Shown one piece after another: positions 18,088 to 26,538 of a stretch of DNA of 64,000 nucleotides (position 1 is its first letter; each line of letters opens with the position of its first letter). The stretch is from the IMG/VR virus record IMGVR_UViG_3300009104_001476; one strand, written 5' to 3'. This DNA is from a virus. The notes beneath the pieces were generated by a model. The model was given only the letters and a program-made list of their open reading frames with translations. It was not told where the DNA came from and did not search any database. Made by a program: the position numbers and the translations under genes.

Positions 18088-19719
18088 ATGAAGTATTATA
18101 ATAAAATCAATAGAAATTTAAAAGTGAGAGCTAGACTCTATTTTAATCAATTGTCTCACAATAGAGTTTTAGATACTACCCCAAGATATTTCGTAAAGAT
18201 AGACTCTTTAAAATCTTTAGAAAGAATCGGGTTCACTCAAAAATCTGAGAATAATCAATACGTTAGGTACGCTTCGAATTTTTATGGAGCTAAGAAAGAA
18301 GAATATTTAAGCCAAAAACAGGTTGAGAACATTTTATTAGATTTAAACTCGAAAGCTCCTTACGGTTATAATACTGGAATATCTGGAAGCTTACAAGCCT
18401 ATAATGATGAAGTAAAATTTAATTCATCTTACCAATCATTTTATAATAATTTTTGGAACGATAATTTAAGTAGGGTTACAGCAGACGCTTCTGAGCAATA
18501 TCCATATATGGAAGTAGAATTAAACGAAGTGATTAAAAGTAAATTTTTAGTAAAAGAGCCCGCTTCCTATGCTGATTATTCACCGCCAGTATCAGAAGAT
18601 GACGCTTCGTATTATAATCCTAACCTTTCAATAGGGACATATTCTTGTGACGAAAATACCAATATAGTAGTTACGACAGGGGTAAGCCCTTTCAGTTTTT
18701 ATGGTTTTGTCGTAGACGGAATACACAGAACTTCTTTAAATTTAGGAAGAAATAAACAATATACATTTACTAATACTAATTTATTTCATCAAGAATCATG
18801 TCAAACTGGAGTTTTGCCTTTTAGGATCTCAGAGGGGTCTTCTGACGGGGTTTTAAACGGCGGGAGTACTTATACCTCTGGAGTAAACGTTAGTGGCGCG
18901 GGTACCTTAACAGGGGCAGAAGTGCTGGTCCTTACTACTGATGAAAATACTCCAAATTCATTAGGTTATCATTCTCCTTTATATCCTGATATGGGAGCAA
19001 ATATAGCTATCTTAGATGGTTGTAGTGGGGTTGCAGGAAGCGTTACTCATCCTTCTTTCACTCCTTACGCAATTTGGAATAGCGGGACGGTGCCCTCAAC
19101 GGATTCTTCTAAAAGGACTGTAGCTTCAACCGGTAATCCAAATCATTGTACGCACAATAGTTCTAGAGGGTGGACTGGTTATCCAAACATGGATTCTACT
19201 CATGGGATATCAGGACAATCCTATGAATGGGAAATACCTTTAAACCCAGTCCTTCCAGCGAGCGGTCAAAATTCAAGAGTTCCGCTAGGCGCTATAGGAG
19301 TTGCGCTCAACGGCTTACCGTTACATAACGCTTACGATCTTTCTGGGAACGATTTAGTTAATTCAGAATTTAAGGATAATTGTAATGGTTTTGTTAGTTT
19401 CGGTAAGTATATGTATCGTCAAGATCCCATATGTACATATGTTGATGTTTCCGGAGAGCATTCTCCTATAGTTGGTTATGCTTTTGATGGTTATCCTATT
19501 TACGGATCGAGAGACGAAAGCGGAATACATATCGATGAAGACGATTTAGACATGTTCCATGGTCATAATCAAGAAGGTAGGGGTTACCATTATCATGTAA
19601 CAACGGGAGCTCCTTATGTTTTAGGCGCATATTATAAAGGGGTTCCAACTTCTGGTAATTTTGAGGATACGAATTCTCCTGCTATTACTGGATATCCTAT
19701 TAAATATAGAAGCCTTTAA
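18088..19719 (+). CDS. YHYH-domain protein with a cupredoxin-like beta-sandwich module
   Basis: GAIGVALNG, HSPIVGYAFDGYPIYG, DLDMFHGH, GYHYHVT...PY; LNLGRNKQYTF...TPNSLGY...MGANI module. Confidence 0.75.
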   Translation: MKYYNKINRNLKVRARLYFNQLSHNRVLDTTPRYFVKIDSLKSLERIGFTQKSENNQYVRYASNFYGAKKEEYLSQKQVENILLDLNSKAPYGYNTGISGSLQAYNDEVKFNSSYQSFYNNFWNDNLSRVTADASEQYPYMEVELNEVIKSKFLVKEPASYADYSPPVSEDDASYYNPNLSIGTYSCDENTNIVVTTGVSPFSFYGFVVDGIHRTSLNLGRNKQYTFTNTNLFHQESCQTGVLPFRISEGSSDGVLNGGSTYTSGVNVSGAGTLTGAEVLVLTTDENTPNSLGYHSPLYPDMGANIAILDGCSGVAGSVTHPSFTPYAIWNSGTVPSTDSSKRTVASTGNPNHCTHNSSRGWTGYPNMDSTHGISGQSYEWEIPLNPVLPASGQNSRVPLGAIGVALNGLPLHNAYDLSGNDLVNSEFKDNCNGFVSFGKYMYRQDPICTYVDVSGEHSPIVGYAFDGYPIYGSRDESGIHIDEDDLDMFHGHNQEGRGYHYHVTTGAPYVLGAYYKGVPTSGNFEDTNSPAITGYPIKYRSL

Positions 19720-19724
19720 CATAA

Positions 19725-22700
19725 ATGATTAGTAATGTAAACATTCAAAGTGAATCGATTACAGACATTCTTAGCGCTCCTCTGGGTGTTCATTATGTTA
19801 TATACTGTGTTTATTTTTGCAATAAATCAGACACCAAAGAAGAAACGGTTACGATCCATTTAGCTGACGGATCGACAAGCTCTTTTAATTCAGAGACAAC
19901 TATACTTAAGGAAGTAATTATCCCCCCGGGGGAGACTTTCGTTTTAGGATCTTCTAAGAAGCTTTCTAACGTTGTTCATTACATGAAAAAAAGAGGAATT
20001 GAAGAAAACAAAATATATTTAAACCCGGGTGAGACTTTGGCCGCCTCCTCTTCTGGCCTTAACGTTGTAGCTTCTCCTATTTATTATAAGTTTGGTGAGG
20101 AAGAAAGGGATAATCCGATAGAAAGCCCTACTCCCACGCCTTCTGTGACCCCTAGCTCTGGAGTAATAAGCGAGTTTTGTCCTTGTAATCGTAATCCAAA
20201 TGATCAATATCAATATTCTGATTATGCTCATGTGAATACAGGAAATAATTTTTTCCTAGTCCCTTATAATGATACTATTTCTCCTCATGCAACCTCAGGT
20301 AAAACTATATTTAAAGCAGGGGATTGTATTTGGTATAAAACCCGTCCTTTTGGAACAATTGAACATCAAACACCTACATGGATCAATAAAGTTGGAAGAG
20401 TTGAAGGCCCTGTGTATCATGGAAACGATCCTTATTATAAAATAATTTTATATGAAAGACTTCCAGAGAGATTAGTAGTCGGAACTCAAATTTATAGATG
20501 TGACTCTTCGGTTCACGGGCTTACCCCAACCCCGACAAGCTCTATTACTCCCACGCCTTCTGTAACGCCCTCAAAAGTAACCCCGAGTGCAACCCCTACA
20601 AATAGTACGACCCCGAGCGCGACTCCGAGCGTGACTCCAAGCAATACTCCTACTAATAGTAGAACCCCAACTACAACACCAACTCCTACAGCATCTGAAC
20701 CGGTTCTCGGATGCGAAATTGAAGTAAGCGGTGCTCCTATCTCAATTATTAATGGGCTATACGAGCCAGCTGGTACACATAACGTATGGGGGTCAACTAG
20801 AACCTATTATCGCCAAGTTTGGCCCGAGAACACCCCCTCCAAGGCTGGAGCGCACGAATCTCGTTACTTTAAAATGTGGCACGATTCCGTTCGGTGGATT
20901 GTCGGTCGATTTCTGGGTACACCGGGGTTGGGAAACGAATGGATCCAATCCCAAGATACGCAAGCTGTACATCCTTGGAGCGCGCCTTGGGGGCATTCAT
21001 ACCCTCTGCCTTCTTGGGGCACCTCTGTATCGCAAGTTATCTGTCCAACCCCGAGCGTGACCCCAAGCGTGACCCCGACCAATACCCCTACGAATAGCGT
21101 TACTCCGAGTAATACTCCGAGCGTTAGCCTAAGCAGTAGCCCGGGTAGTTCCCCAAGTAATACCCCGAGTAATACTCCAAGTAATACTCCAAGTAATACT
21201 CCAAGTAATACTCCAAGCAATACCCCGAGTAATACTCCAAGTAGTACCCCGAGTATAACGCCTACGTCTTCTATGACTCTTTGTTCTTGCACTACTGCTG
21301 CATGGCACCCTGACTCGTCTATAGCAGATCCAGCACCTCATGATTTGTACGAAGCCGCCTCTGGAAATTCCGGCTCCCATACGATCGAAATGCCGTGGGG
21401 CACGGTAGCAGCACCGGGGCACGTCCATCCAGTTTTAAAAGAAGGGGATTGTGTTTATTTCCGTCAGCCAAGCGGGCCGAACCCTAATGGTAGGTTTGGT
21501 AACGGTCCATTTTATTTTCGTAAAATTATTAGTCGAAGTAATCCTGATCCCCACGGCCAAGGCGGTTATCGGACTTTTACAATAGACGCTCCTCTCCCGT
21601 TTAATCTTTGGAACTCCGGGTGGGGGACTCAAGTCCATTTATGCGGTTCGTCTACACTCGTGCCCACCCCGACGCCTAGCCCGACTCCTCCTCCTACCCC
21701 GAGCACTGTTCCGCCGTCTAATTGTGACCCATTTGCTAGTTATGTTACTATCGCTATCGATAATGATCAACCTTCAACTTGGGGTCCGGGAAAACTTAAT
21801 GATCTTACAGGAAATAATACTGTCTATGATGCAAGCGTCGGTAGATGGTTTCCTGCGGGCGACACTCTGGGTAGCTTCACGCGGAAAGACTTTACTATAG
21901 AAGCGGTGGTTAAAAATCCCGCTTCGGGTAACGGGATTTTAAGTCAATGGTATAGTCGTGAACAAACTGGAAACTGTTTTATAATGTATTTCTATCCTTG
22001 GCCACGCCTATGGGTTGAAACACCTTTTGGTCTTATCCAAGGGAAAACCGACTTTTCCGGAGGGGGGGAATTCCACATAGTCCTGAACAGGTCAGGGCAA
22101 AATATTGATCTCTTTGTCAATGGGGAATTAGATACTCATCTAGAAAGGTCTCGGTCTTATCCATGGCCGGCGTGTGATAGTAATTATAGAGCGAGCATTG
22201 GTGGGTTTGGTCGTAACGAGGAAAATAACACCGTTTGGGGGAACGGTGACCCCGTGACTAAACTAAGGGTGACAAAGGGTGTCGCAAGGTATGATCTTAA
22301 TAACATCAAAGCTGGATCTTTAGAATTCTTAACAAGGCCTATATCGGTTAAGTCTTGCGATGGGACGGTAGAGGGAGTGGATTGTGGTGTTTTCGAACAT
22401 ACCGCAACAAAAACATTGTATACGTTGAGTAATAGCAGTTTTAATTATGACACTTTGTCTGAGTATAATTCACGTCGGGATGCTGATGTGCAAAGTGATA
22501 TGCCAGCGGGGTGGGAGCCTGCAGATTGGTCAGATTTTGCGAGTTTTACTAAACAAGATTTTATAAATTTGATAAACGTTATAGGCCCCTGTCATTCAAA
22601 CGACCCCATGGATTATGAAGCCGCTGTTAATACGGTCGGTAGTGACTACGAATGGAATTTGGGGTGGGTAGGAAAATGTTCTACAGCTAATAGCCAGTTC

Positions 22701-25340
22701 CCATTCTTTTTAACATTTGCTAATGGAGTTAAGCCTAGGTGGTACTCTCGGCATTGCAACTACTTAAACGACTTTATGATTACGGGAGCTTGGTACTCTA
22801 ACATGCAGCACGTAATAAAGAAGAAGGATGAGAGTACCCCTTTACCAAGCTTAACTCCCACTCCTAGCGCTTCGGAAAAAGTAAAAACTGAAATAGAATA
22901 CTGTAAGCCTCTTTTTGCTTCTTTATATAATATAATAGCTTTTTCTCCACACGCCTTACAAGCTAATGGAGTTTATTCTTTCGAAGATGGTAGTGTCTCG
23001 ACATTGCCTAACGTGAGGAATTTTGCCATCTCTCAAAACTCTAATCATAGTTGGATAAATGCATTATTTCAGCTTGAAATGATTAGCAGAAATGAACAAA
23101 CAAACTTAGAAACTTGGAGGTTAACTTTAACGAATTGGCCAAAACTAGACGGAACACTATACCCAATCGTTGCGGGCACGGATAGCGCTTATTACATTAG
23201 TGAAGAAGTTAAAGCTAAAAGTGGCAATTTATTAGACTTTAGATTTAAAGGCAACGGTTCTGTTCTGGTAGATTTCGATGAAGACCTAAAAAATACTTGC
23301 GAGGATAAACCTATTAATCTTTGCAGTAATGTTACCAAACCAGATTATTGGTACATGCATAATAACCATATTGCAGGAATTACTCATCATAGAATGAACC
23401 TTTTTAATTCTGAAACTCTCGTTGCGGATCGGGCTGGCTGGGGACAATGGATTGGTTTCAATGCAGGGGACTTTCGACCTTATTTTAACCATCTGACGCT
23501 TTTAACGCTGAAGTATACCGCTGCCGAAACAGCTAAACATAAGATGGCCAATTTAAAGACCTTCGTAGGAGGGAATAATCCTTTCCAGCTCAATAAATAT
23601 GATTTCCAAGGACCTTGGGTAAAAAATATAAGCGATACGCGACACATAAAACTAACTGTTCATATTAATGATGTTTTCCGACATAGTATAGTAATTCCTA
23701 ATGTTAAATATTCAACCAATCACAATATGGATAACGACTTGACTCTCTTACTCTCAGGTAGTTATTATGTAGTTGATCCATTATCATATGAAGTAGAACA
23801 GGGAGATGAAGTTACCATAAGCTTGACAGTTGAGAACTCTCCGGGGCTTCTTGTAAACGGGTCGGAACATTCATTAGTAATATCGAAAGGCTCATCTACT
23901 GGGTTAAGTAAATTGAGCAACGTTGTGACGTATTGGGACTCTAACGATAACCCATTTAAAGACTTTAATACTTTACAAGGGAACAATTTGGTTAAGGCGT
24001 TTTTGCCTATTTATGGTTTATCTTATGATCAGGCAGTTGATGAAGGACTTGTTCACTTGGCGGGCTTAAGCGAGCATATAACTGCGATATCGGATAATAA
24101 TGGCCAATTAGTCAATATCCTGCCGGGGGCCAGCCCCGGGGACGTGAGCGGCGTCTTGGTTATAGATACGTATGAAGACTTGTTCTTTTCCGCGTCAAAT
24201 ATGGAAGTGGGAGATACGGTAAATTTAAACGCGAACGTGTACCCGGGCCTAAAGAGACTATTTAATAACGTGTCAGGATTACAGGGGGTCGTTAAATATA
24301 AATTTGGAATTTTATATGTGATAAGTTGGACCTTGAATACGAACGGCAGTAGAGCTAAGAAAACTCTTTCCGAGATTAGACGTTTTGACAGCGCGAGGGC
24401 TCATTGGAAGTTCTTAAACTATGATAAATGCACAAGCGGTACTAATCCCGGCGTTAGCCCAAGTTTAGGAATTACTCCTACGCCTTCTCCAACACCATCT
24501 CTTAATTTAAATACGAGACCTGATCCATGCAATAATACATATTCAGCAGAAGGCGTTACGTTTACCGCAAACGACACCACCGTTTTACATGGTGGGACCT
24601 TGCCTGTTCGTAGCGGTCAGGCAATTACTGTTAGGTGGCCAGACGGTCAAACAAGTGGAGGTCTTGCCGCGTTGGGAGGTCTTGGGAGGCCAAATATTAA
24701 TCAGTTCCTTCCTAGTTGCAATCCAGACGGAACTTATCATATAAGGTTAGCTGCTAAGCCTACGGAAGTTGAAGACTACCTTAGGGATTGTATGGGACCA
24801 GACTGCACGGGCACCTATGGCACTGCTTGCCCTCATTACGTATGTATAGACGGTAAAACTGTCAGAGAGTATACTTTTTATCACGTGGCTGGTAAATCCT
24901 CATATGAATTTTGGTGTTCAATTGGGCCTGACAAAAAACTCTTTAGTAAAGCCACGCTTAACGTGGCCGAATCTTCGTCAGCAGGGTGCGAAGCAAATGA
25001 CCCTGCGACAATGACTGCAAGGCTGGCAGGACCTTGGATGGGAGATAGACCTCCGTATAAATGTCAGGGGGGCGGAGTCTACGCTGACGGTCCTTTCTCA
25101 TGGGCCGATACTGCAGCACAGGGGAGTTTCCCGAAGTGGGTTGGACCTCTATGCGAGTTGGAATGTTTATCCGGAAGGTTTTCTTCTATACAAGTTTGGC
25201 AATTAACCGTATCAGGATGGTCGTATTGTAAAGGGCCCGAATATGTCGCCATAGCTGAAAAGGCCCCAGATGAGGATTCGATAACTTTTAATATAGGATC
25301 AGGAACTATTGAGATAGGATTTCATAAAGTCTGCCCTTAA
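19725..25340 (+). CDS. 1871-aa multidomain fibre/appendage protein with Ser/Thr/Pro mucin-like linkers and a LamG-like domain
   Basis: TPTPSVTPS and SNTP tracts; DFTIEAVVK...FHIVLNRSG...LFVNG; duplicated GDC.Y...GTQ...C module; Cys-rich. Confidence 0.7.
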   Translation: MISNVNIQSESITDILSAPLGVHYVIYCVYFCNKSDTKEETVTIHLADGSTSSFNSETTILKEVIIPPGETFVLGSSKKLSNVVHYMKKRGIEENKIYLNPGETLAASSSGLNVVASPIYYKFGEEERDNPIESPTPTPSVTPSSGVISEFCPCNRNPNDQYQYSDYAHVNTGNNFFLVPYNDTISPHATSGKTIFKAGDCIWYKTRPFGTIEHQTPTWINKVGRVEGPVYHGNDPYYKIILYERLPERLVVGTQIYRCDSSVHGLTPTPTSSITPTPSVTPSKVTPSATPTNSTTPSATPSVTPSNTPTNSRTPTTTPTPTASEPVLGCEIEVSGAPISIINGLYEPAGTHNVWGSTRTYYRQVWPENTPSKAGAHESRYFKMWHDSVRWIVGRFLGTPGLGNEWIQSQDTQAVHPWSAPWGHSYPLPSWGTSVSQVICPTPSVTPSVTPTNTPTNSVTPSNTPSVSLSSSPGSSPSNTPSNTPSNTPSNTPSNTPSNTPSNTPSSTPSITPTSSMTLCSCTTAAWHPDSSIADPAPHDLYEAASGNSGSHTIEMPWGTVAAPGHVHPVLKEGDCVYFRQPSGPNPNGRFGNGPFYFRKIISRSNPDPHGQGGYRTFTIDAPLPFNLWNSGWGTQVHLCGSSTLVPTPTPSPTPPPTPSTVPPSNCDPFASYVTIAIDNDQPSTWGPGKLNDLTGNNTVYDASVGRWFPAGDTLGSFTRKDFTIEAVVKNPASGNGILSQWYSREQTGNCFIMYFYPWPRLWVETPFGLIQGKTDFSGGGEFHIVLNRSGQNIDLFVNGELDTHLERSRSYPWPACDSNYRASIGGFGRNEENNTVWGNGDPVTKLRVTKGVARYDLNNIKAGSLEFLTRPISVKSCDGTVEGVDCGVFEHTATKTLYTLSNSSFNYDTLSEYNSRRDADVQSDMPAGWEPADWSDFASFTKQDFINLINVIGPCHSNDPMDYEAAVNTVGSDYEWNLGWVGKCSTANSQFPFFLTFANGVKPRWYSRHCNYLNDFMITGAWYSNMQHVIKKKDESTPLPSLTPTPSASEKVKTEIEYCKPLFASLYNIIAFSPHALQANGVYSFEDGSVSTLPNVRNFAISQNSNHSWINALFQLEMISRNEQTNLETWRLTLTNWPKLDGTLYPIVAGTDSAYYISEEVKAKSGNLLDFRFKGNGSVLVDFDEDLKNTCEDKPINLCSNVTKPDYWYMHNNHIAGITHHRMNLFNSETLVADRAGWGQWIGFNAGDFRPYFNHLTLLTLKYTAAETAKHKMANLKTFVGGNNPFQLNKYDFQGPWVKNISDTRHIKLTVHINDVFRHSIVIPNVKYSTNHNMDNDLTLLLSGSYYVVDPLSYEVEQGDEVTISLTVENSPGLLVNGSEHSLVISKGSSTGLSKLSNVVTYWDSNDNPFKDFNTLQGNNLVKAFLPIYGLSYDQAVDEGLVHLAGLSEHITAISDNNGQLVNILPGASPGDVSGVLVIDTYEDLFFSASNMEVGDTVNLNANVYPGLKRLFNNVSGLQGVVKYKFGILYVISWTLNTNGSRAKKTLSEIRRFDSARAHWKFLNYDKCTSGTNPGVSPSLGITPTPSPTPSLNLNTRPDPCNNTYSAEGVTFTANDTTVLHGGTLPVRSGQAITVRWPDGQTSGGLAALGGLGRPNINQFLPSCNPDGTYHIRLAAKPTEVEDYLRDCMGPDCTGTYGTACPHYVCIDGKTVREYTFYHVAGKSSYEFWCSIGPDKKLFSKATLNVAESSSAGCEANDPATMTARLAGPWMGDRPPYKCQGGGVYADGPFSWADTAAQGSFPKWVGPLCELECLSGRFSSIQVWQLTVSGWSYCKGPEYVAIAEKAPDEDSITFNIGSGTIEIGFHKVCP
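21151..21256 (+). repeat. 12-nt coding tandem repeat (agtaatactcca, SNTP x~8)
   Basis: Directly visible; encodes PSNT repeats. Confidence 0.9.
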
Positions 25341-25343
25341 TTT

Positions 25344-25371
25344 TAGACTTTTAGATATTGAAGTGTATAAT
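25344..25371 (+). promoter_or_regulatory. Promoter of the ribozyme unit (TAGACT-16-TATAAT overlapping GTGTAT)
   Basis: Perfect TATAAT at 25366-25371 and a 4/6 -35; predicted +1 at ~25377-25379. Confidence 0.6.
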
Positions 25372-25379
25372 ATTTTATA

Positions 25380-25598
25380 GGTTGGCCACATTGGGTGAAT
25401 TCGGTGGAACTCTCTTTTTAGAGACAATACCGAGCCAAGCCAGAGGGGGTATTGATACTCTGGAAGGTGTAGAGACTAGGCGGTGAGACCCGACAATAAC
25501 CCGCCCACGAGCGCCCAACGCTATCTAGTGAAGATATAGTCCGAACTATACGGTGACGTATAGAAGCTGCAATTAAAAAACCAGCGATAACATAAATG
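25380..25598 (+). ncRNA. Group I ribozyme core (IA-like, with P7.1), no homing ORF, apparently permuted in L1
   Basis: P3 ttgggtg 25391-97 / cgcccaa 25512-18; P4 ttcggt / accgag; P6a ccagag / ctctgg; P7 GAGACTA 25472-78 / TAGTCC 25537-42; J8/7 AAGATA; P9 ctatacg-GTGA-cgtatag; omega-G 25598. Confidence 0.88.
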
Positions 25599-25674
25599 GA
25601 CCGTGGAGTTGAGCCAGTGTACAAATCTGTGCTAATGGCCCGTGCAGAGGTGTAACTCAAACTTCATGTCGGCT
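25599..25674 (+). ncRNA. Predicted 76-nt circular RNA (back-spliced exon)
   Basis: Lies between omega-G and U25674, which pairs with guide G25384; folds into a closed rod after ligation. Confidence 0.6.
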
Positions 25675-25685
25675 GACAATTAACG

Positions 25686-25724
25686 GTCGTTAAGGCTTGA
25701 AAGAGCTTTAACGGCTTATTTTTT
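25686..25724 (+). terminator. Rho-independent terminator of the ribozyme unit
   Basis: 13-bp stem gtcgttaaggctt-GAAA-gagctttaacggc + ttatttttt. Confidence 0.85.
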
Positions 25725-25756
25725 GGAAAAACATAAAATTAAAAATATAATATAAT

Positions 25757-26134
25757 ATGAAGAAAAAGAGCGCAAAAAAGTCTAAAAAAAACACCAAGCT
25801 AAAGTCTTTATCTCAGACTCACGGTAAACAAGAGACAGATTTTCAACCAACCACTTTGGACCAAATTTGGGGAGATGATGGGGTGGCTAAATATGGGACT
25901 TTAAACGAAGAAGAGTATAATAGGCAAATCCAAAACATGCATTTTTCGGACCTAAGAACTCATGCAGCAGATATTGGCTTAATTCCTGTGGATGATAGAG
26001 AGCTGCTTACTAAAAGAGTTTTATCTGAATTTAGAAGGCATCGTAATAATTATACGGTTCCGGCCGATGACGTCAATGGGCCAGAGCCAGAGATTAGCGA
26101 AAAAGCTAGAAAGATATTAGAAGAAGGTAAATAA
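25757..26134 (+). CDS. Hypothetical protein with a basic N-terminus
   Basis: 125-aa ORF with phage-like codon usage. Confidence 0.6.
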   Translation: MKKKSAKKSKKNTKLKSLSQTHGKQETDFQPTTLDQIWGDDGVAKYGTLNEEEYNRQIQNMHFSDLRTHAADIGLIPVDDRELLTKRVLSEFRRHRNNYTVPADDVNGPEPEISEKARKILEEGK

Positions 26135-26196
26135 TTTTTTTAAGTTAACATAGGCTAAGAAGAGTGTAATATTTAATGTTATACTCTTTTTTTATT

Positions 26197-26529
26197 ATGC
26201 CTAGTACTATAGATTTACAAATAACCCAAGGTAATGATTTTAATGCTACTTTAGTTGTCTTCAACGACTTTGGAGAAGTTGTTGATTTAACTGATTATGT
26301 TGTTAGGGGGCTAGTAAAAAATAGATATGGAGACTCTGAGGCTCTGTTCGATTTAGCTCCTACTATCATTGATGCTGCTAAGGGCGAAGTGGCCGTCTCT
26401 TTGTCTCCTAGCGTTACGAAAGATTTTCCAGTAGGCCAGTTTCATTTTGGGATCGAAGTACAAAAAGGAGATATAGCTTTTAAACCTTCAACTGGGAATA
26501 TACTAGTAATACCAGAGGTGAACTCATAA
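26197..26529 (+). CDS. Small Ig-like fibre-base/adaptor protein (BppU N-terminal-like)
   Basis: DLQITQGNDF...VDLTDY...GEVAVSLS pattern; immediately before the collagen fibre; start 26197 preferred to 26176. Confidence 0.55.
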   Translation: MPSTIDLQITQGNDFNATLVVFNDFGEVVDLTDYVVRGLVKNRYGDSEALFDLAPTIIDAAKGEVAVSLSPSVTKDFPVGQFHFGIEVQKGDIAFKPSTGNILVIPEVNS

Positions 26530-26538
26530 GGATATAAA

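Noticed and set aside
20864-21292. Minus-strand VLLG-repeat ORF; possible CRISPR-like array
   Set aside because: Shadow of the SNTP 12-nt coding repeat; there are no unique spacers, so it is not CRISPR.
25260-25390. Conventional group I intron spliced out of the end of the 1871-aa gene
   Set aside because: The gene stops at 25340, no upstream sequence pairs with the guide with a U-G, and a promoter sits directly before the guide.
25418-25660. 80-aa minus-strand ORF as an intron-encoded homing endonuclease
   Set aside because: No LAGLIDADG, GIY-YIG or HNH motif; it is antisense to the ribozyme core.
25599-25690. tRNA or tmRNA as host exon of the intron (CU-GAC-AA resembles an anticodon loop)
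   Set aside because: No anticodon stem, T-arm (GTTC), acceptor stem or CCA, either before or after predicted splicing.
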